From Thermodesulfobacteriota bacterium (GTDB lineage: Bacteria; Desulfobacterota_D; UBA1144; Nemesobacterales; Mycalebacteriaceae): DNA of 64,000 nucleotides. Below are positions 57,782 to 64,000 of this stretch, one piece after another. Location of the stretch: contig OZ245366.1 in the NCBI GenBank assembly GCA_965226585.1, forward strand, positions 800,001 to 864,000, in the 5' to 3' direction. Made by a program: the position numbers and the translations under genes. The notes under the pieces were generated by a model, which saw nothing but the letters and a program-made list of their open reading frames with translations, did no database searches and had not been told where the DNA came from. The first letter of the stretch is position 1, and each line of letters begins with the position of its first letter.

Positions 57782-59029
57782 ATGTCTTTTGTGGAACAAC
57801 TTTCCTGTAAAGAGTGCGGGCGTTCGTATCCGAAAAAAGCGCTTCATGTTTGCGAGGACTGTTTCGGTCCTCTTGAGGTGAAATACGATTACGCTGCCAT
57901 CAAAAAGGCGGTTTCGCGTGAGAAAATAGCCTCCCGCGCCCCGAATATCTGGAGATACTCTGAACTTCTTCCCGTTGATGAAAAACCGCAAGCCGGGCTT
58001 GATGTTGGTTTCACTCCGCTTTTGAAGGCGGAAAAACTTGGCCGCGCTTTGGGGCACGGCAACCTTTACGTGAAAAACGACGCCGTTTCCTTCCCAACGC
58101 TTTCATTCAAAGACAGGGTGGTTTCGGTCGCGCTTTCAAAGGCGCTTGAGTTCGGATACAAGACCGTATCGTGCGCTTCAACCGGAAACCTTGCCAACGC
58201 GGTCGCCTCAATAGCGGCGGAGCGCGGGCTTGAGGCGATTATCTTTATTCCGCACGACCTTGAGAAATCAAAGGTGATAAACACCGTTGTCTACGGGGCG
58301 AAACTGGTTGGCATAAACGGCACTTATGATGACGTCAACCGTCTTTGCAGTGAGATAGCGGGCAGACGCGACTGGGCTTTTGTGAATGTGAACATGAGGC
58401 CCTATTACTCTGAGGGTTCAAAGAGTCTGGGTTTTGAGATTGCCGAGCAGATGGGGTGGAAGGTTCCGCGCCACATTGTGGTTCCGATGGCAAGCGGCTC
58501 TCTTTTGACGAAAATATGGAAGGCGTTTGGCGAGTTGCGCGAGGTGGGTCTTGTTGATTCTTCGGAGCAGGCTCCGGTTATGCACGGGGCGCAAGCGGCG
58601 GGCTGTTCGCCAATCTCGTCTGCGGTTAAAGACGGAAGGGATTTTTTCAAGCCCGTTATTCCCGACACAATCGCGAAATCGCTTTCAATTGGAAATCCCG
58701 CAGACGGCTACTACGCGATAAAGGTGATAAACGAGAGCGGCGGCGGCAGTGAAGACGCTTCCGATGACGAGATACGCGAGGGGATAGCCCTTCTTGCGGA
58801 GACCGAGGGCATATACACGGAAACTGCGGGAGGTGTTACGGTGGCAAGCGCGAAAAAGTTGATTGCCCGTGGGCTCATCCCTGATGACGGCGAGCCGGCA
58901 GTTCTGTGCATAACGGGCAACGGGCTTAAAACTCAGGACGCGATTGAAAACAGCGTTTCAACCCCTTATCTTATAGAGCCGAACATTGAGGATTTTGAAA
59001 AGATGTTCGCGGAAACCAACAGCAAATAA
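57782..59029 (+). CDS. thrC: Threonine synthase-family PLP enzyme
   Basis: N-terminal [26 protein letters not shown]. Confidence 0.88.
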   Translation: MSFVEQLSCKECGRSYPKKALHVCEDCFGPLEVKYDYAAIKKAVSREKIASRAPNIWRYSELLPVDEKPQAGLDVGFTPLLKAEKLGRALGHGNLYVKNDAVSFPTLSFKDRVVSVALSKALEFGYKTVSCASTGNLANAVASIAAERGLEAIIFIPHDLEKSKVINTVVYGAKLVGINGTYDDVNRLCSEIAGRRDWAFVNVNMRPYYSEGSKSLGFEIAEQMGWKVPRHIVVPMASGSLLTKIWKAFGELREVGLVDSSEQAPVMHGAQAAGCSPISSAVKDGRDFFKPVIPDTIAKSLSIGNPADGYYAIKVINESGGGSEDASDDEIREGIALLAETEGIYTETAGGVTVASAKKLIARGLIPDDGEPAVLCITGNGLKTQDAIENSVSTPYLIEPNIEDFEKMFAETNSK

Positions 59030-59039
59030 GGAGCCACCA

Positions 59040-59312
59040 ATGCCGCTTGTCAGAATACCAACACCACTCAGAGCGCTTTCCGGAGACAAGGATGAGATTA
59101 GCATTTCCGCCGCCAATGTGGGGGAGTTGATTGAGAGTCTTGAAGCCGAATGCCCCGGAATGAAAGACCGCCTTTGCGATGAGAGCGGAGAGATACGAAG
59201 GTTTATCAACATCTACGTCAACAACGAAGACATCAGATTTCTTGATGGAAAAGACACAAAACTTTCCGACAGCGATAATGTTTCAATAATTCCCGCGATT
59301 GCGGGGGGTTGA
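59040..59312 (+). CDS. MoaD/ThiS/CysO-type ubiquitin-like sulfur carrier
   Basis: VRIPTPLR...[17 protein letters not shown]...[17 protein letters not shown] before ATG 59040. Confidence 0.9.
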   Translation: MPLVRIPTPLRALSGDKDEISISAANVGELIESLEAECPGMKDRLCDESGEIRRFINIYVNNEDIRFLDGKDTKLSDSDNVSIIPAIAGG

Positions 59313-59320
59313 TGAAGTTT

Positions 59321-60376
59321 TTAGAACTCCTTTTCTAATTCTTCCAAAATCTTTTTCTGTTTTCCCGACAGTTTTTTCGGTATGTCCACTTTGACGGTTA
59401 CGAAAAGGTCTCCCGCGCCTCTGCCGTTTATGTTCGTTATTCCTTTTCCCTTCAGTCTTAAAACCGTTCCCGGTTGAGTGCCGGACGGGATTTTGAACGT
59501 TATGTCTTTTTTTCCGTCAAGTGACGGAATGGATATTTCATCGCCGTTTATCGCCTGTATAAAATTGATGTTCGCCCCGCACAACAAGTCTGCTCCCTGT
59601 CTTGAAAATGTTTTGTGCTCGGAAACTATGCAACGTATGTAAAGGTCGCCGTTTATGCCGTCTTTTCCCCTCGCCGCCTGCCCCTCGCCTCTGATTCTGA
59701 GACGGGTTCCGTTGTCAACACCCGGAGGTATGGAAACCTTGACCTTGCCCGTTTCCCGCAAAATCCCCTCGCCCCGGCAGTCTCCACACGGCTCCGTTAT
59801 TAACTCACCCCTGCCTCCGCAACCCCGGCATGTCTGCCGTACGGAGAAAAACCCCTGAGAATAACCCTGCTTGCCGCTTCCGCCGCACTGGTCGCACGTT
59901 ACGGTTTTCTCTCCGCCCTTTCCGCCACACTTGACGCAACGGACAATTCTCGGAATCTCCACCTCTTTTTTGCACCCGAAAACCGCGTCTTCAAATGTGA
60001 TGGCAAGGTCAAGTATAAGGTCTTGCCCCCTCTGGGGTCCTCCCCTTCTCCCGCCGCCCGAAAAAACATCATCAAAAAGGTCGCCGAACAACCCGCCCAA
60101 ATCACTGAAACCCTCGCCGCCGCCAAAACCGCCGCCGAAATCAAACGACTGCCCCGCCGCTCCCGCGTGTCCGAAATTATCGTATTGCGCCCTTTTCTGC
60201 TTGTCTGACAGAACCTGATACGCTTCGTTTATTTCCTTGAATTTCGCTTCGGCGTTACTCTCCTTGTTTCTGTCGGGATGATATTTAAGGGCGAGTTTTT
60301 TATACGCCTTTTTTATTTCCTCTTCGCCCGCCCCTCGCGAAACGCCCAGAGTTTCGTAATAATCTTTTTTCGCCAT
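59321..60376 (-). CDS. dnaJ: Chaperone DnaJ
   Basis: J-domain HPD, G/F region, four CxxCxGxG motifs. Confidence 0.96.
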   Translation of the reverse strand: MAKKDYYETLGVSRGAGEEEIKKAYKKLALKYHPDRNKESNAEAKFKEINEAYQVLSDKQKRAQYDNFGHAGAAGQSFDFGGGFGGGEGFSDLGGLFGDLFDDVFSGGGRRGGPQRGQDLILDLAITFEDAVFGCKKEVEIPRIVRCVKCGGKGGEKTVTCDQCGGSGKQGYSQGFFSVRQTCRGCGGRGELITEPCGDCRGEGILRETGKVKVSIPPGVDNGTRLRIRGEGQAARGKDGINGDLYIRCIVSEHKTFSRQGADLLCGANINFIQAINGDEISIPSLDGKKDITFKIPSGTQPGTVLRLKGKGITNINGRGAGDLFVTVKVDIPKKLSGKQKKILEELEKEF

Positions 60377-60385
60377 CTTTGCCCG

Positions 60386-60943
60386 CTATTTCCCTTTTTC
60401 GTCTCCGCCCGATGACACGGCAACAACAACGGGGCGAACCAAAGTTTCACCCGCCGTGTAGCCCTTTGCTATTTCCTCCACAATACAGCCCTCAGGCACT
60501 TCGCTTGAATGCCTTTTCTCTATCGCCTGATGCAGAGCGGGGTTGAACTTCTCCCCGGCTCCGGCAGATATCTGCGTTATGCCGAAGTTTTGCAGTTGCG
60601 AAACCCCCTGGTCGTAAGTCAGGCGCACTCCCTGAATAAGCCCGTCCGCATCCGCCCCCGGCTGTCCGCCGTGGCGAAGCGCGAGGTCCAGACTGTCCAG
60701 AATTCCGAATATTGACGCCGCTATGTCTCTGATGCCCTCAAGGCGCGCCGTTTGTCTCTCTTTTTCCGCGCGTTTTCTGTAGTTTTCAAAATCCGCGCTC
60801 AGACGGACAAACCTGTTATCCAACTCGCTGTATTTTTCTTCAATCCCCTTCTCTTTTTCGCTGTCCGCCGCCTGCGGTTTATTTTGCTCTTCCCCGCCGT
60901 CCTGCGGGGCGTTTTCGTTTTTGTCTTTTTTTCCGGAACTCAT
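60386..60943 (-). CDS. grpE: Nucleotide exchange factor GrpE
   Basis: ADFENYRKR, FNPALHQA, KGY.....LVRP. Confidence 0.93.
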   Translation of the reverse strand: MSSGKKDKNENAPQDGGEEQNKPQAADSEKEKGIEEKYSELDNRFVRLSADFENYRKRAEKERQTARLEGIRDIAASIFGILDSLDLALRHGGQPGADADGLIQGVRLTYDQGVSQLQNFGITQISAGAGEKFNPALHQAIEKRHSSEVPEGCIVEEIAKGYTAGETLVRPVVVAVSSGGDEKGK

Positions 60944-61479
60944 TGTGTATCCCCCCGTTTGTTAAAATCCGGGTCTTCCATGTAAAGCCGCGAGTTTCTT
61001 ATGTAATTTTCCGCGGATTTTTTTATTTCTTCTTTTTCTTCATCCGTCAAATCCCTCACAATTTTTGCCGGCACTCCCACCGCGAGTTTTCCCGAAGGCA
61101 GAACAAAACCCGGAGGCACAAGCGCGCCCGCGCCCACAACAGAACCGCTTTCTATTTTCGCGCCGTCAAGAACAACCGCCCCCATTCCTATCAGAACATT
61201 GCTCTCAACAACACAGCCGTGAACAACCGCGTTGTGCCCTATCGTAACAAAATCGCCTATTTCAAGCGAATATCTGCCGCCGGTTACGTGGAGCATCGTG
61301 TTGTCCTGCACATTTGTGCCGCCGCCGATTTTGATGCTGTGAACATCCCCCCTCGCCACCGCGCCGAACCAGATGCTTGACTGCTCGCCAAGCGTAACAT
61401 CTCCCACTATGACGGCTTGCTCTGCAACAAAAGCGGTCGAGTGTATGGACGGGAACTTTCCTTTGAGGGCTTTTATCAA
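60940..61479 (-). CDS. Gamma carbonic anhydrase-family hexapeptide protein
   Basis: RGDV..I.IG..TNVQD..MLH, TIGHNAVVHGC. Confidence 0.9.
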   Translation of the reverse strand: MIKALKGKFPSIHSTAFVAEQAVIVGDVTLGEQSSIWFGAVARGDVHSIKIGGGTNVQDNTMLHVTGGRYSLEIGDFVTIGHNAVVHGCVVESNVLIGMGAVVLDGAKIESGSVVGAGALVPPGFVLPSGKLAVGVPAKIVRDLTDEEKEEIKKSAENYIRNSRLYMEDPDFNKRGDTQ

Positions 61480-61480
61480 T

Positions 61481-63397
61481 TTATTTGTCTGTTATTTCAG
61501 CGTCTATGACTTCGCCCGAATCGTCATTACCTTTTTTCCCGTCCGCCTGTTTTTCTCCGGCGTCTCCGCCCGCAGGCTCCGCCCCGTTTGCCTCCTGCTG
61601 TTGCTTGTACATAATCTCGGCGAGATTGTGAGACGCCTTTGTTATCGCCTCTTGCGCCTTCTCCATCTCTTCGGGATTGTCAGACTTTATCGCGGCTTTT
61701 CCGGACTCAAGCGCCTGCTCAAGTTCCTTTTTTTCCTCTTCGGAAAGCTTGTCTTTGTGCTCTTCAAAGGTTTTTTCCGTTGAATATATCAACTGGTCCA
61801 ACTGGTTTTTCGCCTGAACCGACTGATGTTTTTTCTCGTCATCTTCGGAGTTTTCCTTCGCCTCGTTAATCATGCGGTCTATCTCATCCTGAGAAAGTCC
61901 GCTTGACGATTCCACCTTCACCTTCTGCTCCTCTCCGGTCGCCTTGTCTTTTGCCGCAACATGCAGAATGCCGTTCGCGTCTATGTCAAAAGAGACCTCT
62001 ATTTGAGGCATTCCTCTCTGAGCGGGCGGGATTTTATCCAGTATAAACCTCGCAAGCGTTCTGTTGTCGGAAGACATTTTCCTCTCGCCCTGAAGAACGT
62101 GGATTTCAACCTGCGGCTGATTGTCTTCGGCGGTTGTAAATACCTGACTTTTTTCTGTCGGTATTGTCGTGTTCGCCTCAACAACCGGCGTCATAACGCC
62201 GCCGAGTGTTTCAATTCCAAGCGAAAGAGGCGTAACGTCCAGAAGCAGAACGTCCTTCACGTCTCCGCTGAGAACCGCGCCCTGAATCGCCGCGCCCATC
62301 GCCACAACTTCGTCAGGGTTGATGCCCTTGTGCGGCTCTTTTCCGAAAAACTCGGTAACGGTTTTCTGAACAAGCGGCATCCTTGTTGAGCCGCCCACAA
62401 GCAGAACCTCAGATATGTCTGAAGCCTTGAGCCCTGAATCTTTGAGCGCGTTTTTGCACGGCTCAAGGGTTCCCTTGACCAGCGGGTCTATCAACTGCTC
62501 AAGTTTTGACCTTGTAATTTTCATCACAAGATGCTTCGCGCCCGAAGAGTCCGCCGTTACAAACGGAAGGTTCACTTCGGTCTCAAGTTTGCTTGACAGT
62601 TCAATCTTGGCTTTTTCCGCCGCCTCTCTGAGCCTCTGGATTGCCATCTTGTCGCCCGAAAGGTCTATGCCGCTGTCTTTTTTGAACTCCTCCGTGATGT
62701 AGGCAATTATGTGGCGGTCAAAGTCATCTCCGCCGAGCGAGGTGTCTCCGCCCGTTGATTTCACCTCTATAACGCCGTCGCTTATCTCAAGAACCGAAAC
62801 GTCAAACGTTCCGCCGCCGAGGTCGTACACGACTATTTTGCGGTCTTTCTGATTGTCAAAACCGTAGGCGAGCGCGGCGGCGGTGGGCTCGTTGATAATT
62901 CTGTCCACCTTCAGCCCCGCGATTTTTCCCGCGTCTTTTGTTGCCTGTCTCTGGCTGTCGTTAAAATACGCGGGCACGGTGATAACGGCTTCGGTAATTT
63001 CCGAGCCCGTGTAGCTTTCCGCCGCTTTTTTGAGCTTCATCAGCACATGAGACGCAATTTGCGGCGGCGAGTATTTTTTGTCTTCCGCTTCAATCCAGGC
63101 GTCTTTTCCCTCAGGCGAGGAGACAACACCGTAGGGAAGTTTGTCCACAAGATCCTTCACTTCGTCCAGCCTTCTTCCCATTAGGCGTTTGGATGAGTAA
63201 ATCGTGTCTGCCGGATTTACGACCGCCTGCCTTTTCGCGGAGCCGCCAACCAGCACGCCGTCCTCTTTTGTGAAGGCGACCGTTGAGGGAGTTGTGCGCT
63301 CCCCCTCTTCGTTCACGATAATTTTTGCCTCTCCGCCTTCAACAAGCGAGACGACAGAGTTTGTTGTTCCGAGATCTATTCCGATTATTTTTCCCAT
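61481..63397 (-). CDS. dnaK: Chaperone DnaK
   Basis: [41 protein letters not shown]. Confidence 0.98.
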   Translation of the reverse strand: MGKIIGIDLGTTNSVVSLVEGGEAKIIVNEEGERTTPSTVAFTKEDGVLVGGSAKRQAVVNPADTIYSSKRLMGRRLDEVKDLVDKLPYGVVSSPEGKDAWIEAEDKKYSPPQIASHVLMKLKKAAESYTGSEITEAVITVPAYFNDSQRQATKDAGKIAGLKVDRIINEPTAAALAYGFDNQKDRKIVVYDLGGGTFDVSVLEISDGVIEVKSTGGDTSLGGDDFDRHIIAYITEEFKKDSGIDLSGDKMAIQRLREAAEKAKIELSSKLETEVNLPFVTADSSGAKHLVMKITRSKLEQLIDPLVKGTLEPCKNALKDSGLKASDISEVLLVGGSTRMPLVQKTVTEFFGKEPHKGINPDEVVAMGAAIQGAVLSGDVKDVLLLDVTPLSLGIETLGGVMTPVVEANTTIPTEKSQVFTTAEDNQPQVEIHVLQGERKMSSDNRTLARFILDKIPPAQRGMPQIEVSFDIDANGILHVAAKDKATGEEQKVKVESSSGLSQDEIDRMINEAKENSEDDEKKHQSVQAKNQLDQLIYSTEKTFEEHKDKLSEEEKKELEQALESGKAAIKSDNPEEMEKAQEAITKASHNLAEIMYKQQQEANGAEPAGGDAGEKQADGKKGNDDSGEVIDAEITDK

Positions 63398-63409
63398 TGT
63401 TTCCTCCGT

Positions 63410-64000
63410 TTACGTGAGTTTTTTTGCCATGCTGACGGCGGGAGACCGTTTCAGTCTGGCGATTGCTTTGCTTTCTATCTGCCTTACCCTTTCCCGTGAA
63501 ACTCCGAACTTTCTTCCCAGGTCTTCAAGTTTTTCGGGCTTTTCCGCAAGAAAACGCGCTGTGATAATTTCCCTCTCCCTCTCATCAAGTCCGCTGACGG
63601 CTTTTGAGAGAGCGTTTTTCTTCATCTCCATGCTTTCCGATTCCTCAAAAACCGCTTCCTGACCCGGAGAGGAGTCGGCAAGCATCTGAAGGTGCGAAAC
63701 AGAATCTGAATTTCCGTCAATTCCGCAATCAAGCGAAAAATCTCTCATCGCGCGGTTTCTAATCGCGCCGGACTGAAACATTTTTCTCTCCTTGCGTCCG
63801 CCAATTCTCACGGCTCCACAGAAGCGCATTATGTGTTCGTGTATGCGCGCCCTTATCCACCACACCGCATATGAGATAAGACGGTAGCCGCGATGCGGGT
63901 TGAACTTCTTCACCGCAGTCATCAGACCTATTGAACCCTCCTGAACGAGGTCCATCAAACCCGCGCCGTAACTTGTGTACTGCCGGGCGATTTTGACGAC
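63410..64000 (-). CDS. rpoH: RpoH/sigma32-like sigma factor (5' end outside window), apparently lacking region 3
   Basis: Frame open to the window edge: VVKIARQY.SYG..LMDLVQEG.IGLM.AVKKF...GYRLISYAVWWIRA; region 4 LEDLG.KFGVSRERVRQIE. Confidence 0.8.
   Translation of the reverse strand, partial: VVKIARQYTSYGAGLMDLVQEGSIGLMTAVKKFNPHRGYRLISYAVWWIRARIHEHIMRFCGAVRIGGRKERKMFQSGAIRNRAMRDFSLDCGIDGNSDSVSHLQMLADSSPGQEAVFEESESMEMKKNALSKAVSGLDEREREIITARFLAEKPEKLEDLGRKFGVSRERVRQIESKAIARLKRSPAVSMAKKLT

Overview
Gene-dense 64-kb segment of a diderm bacterial chromosome. The gene style suggests a Desulfobacterota/'Dadabacteria'-like, possibly host-associated organism, but that is inference only. Most of the window is housekeeping: gatCA/gatB, carA, gshB, ddl, lysA, hemDE-hemH-hemY, tRNA-Thr, obg, recF, ileS, aceEF, lpdA-lipB, metH, thrC-moaD and rpoH-dnaK-grpE-dnaJ. 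It appears to straddle the replication terminus: a 28-bp dif-like site lies at 29584-29611 and KOPS-like octamers flip orientation around it. Highlights: (1) a 1251-aa Mrr-type nuclease + SF2 helicase with no methyltransferase, ending in nine mosaic ~66-aa repeats with localized hypervariable positions, a candidate modular repeat-programmed defence nuclease; (2) an intact thiolase fused to a ~167-aa tail with ten AT-hook-like GRP motifs; (3) a RelE toxin paired with an apparently inactivated HEPN domain carrying an antitoxin-like tail; (4) a structured, possibly two-state 5' leader ahead of a surface-protein cluster; (5) dRS3/REP-like palindromes, one of which encodes the IleS C-terminus; (6) an RpoH apparently missing region 3. 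No CRISPR array, integrase or transposase was seen. All family calls are by eye from motifs; no database search was run.
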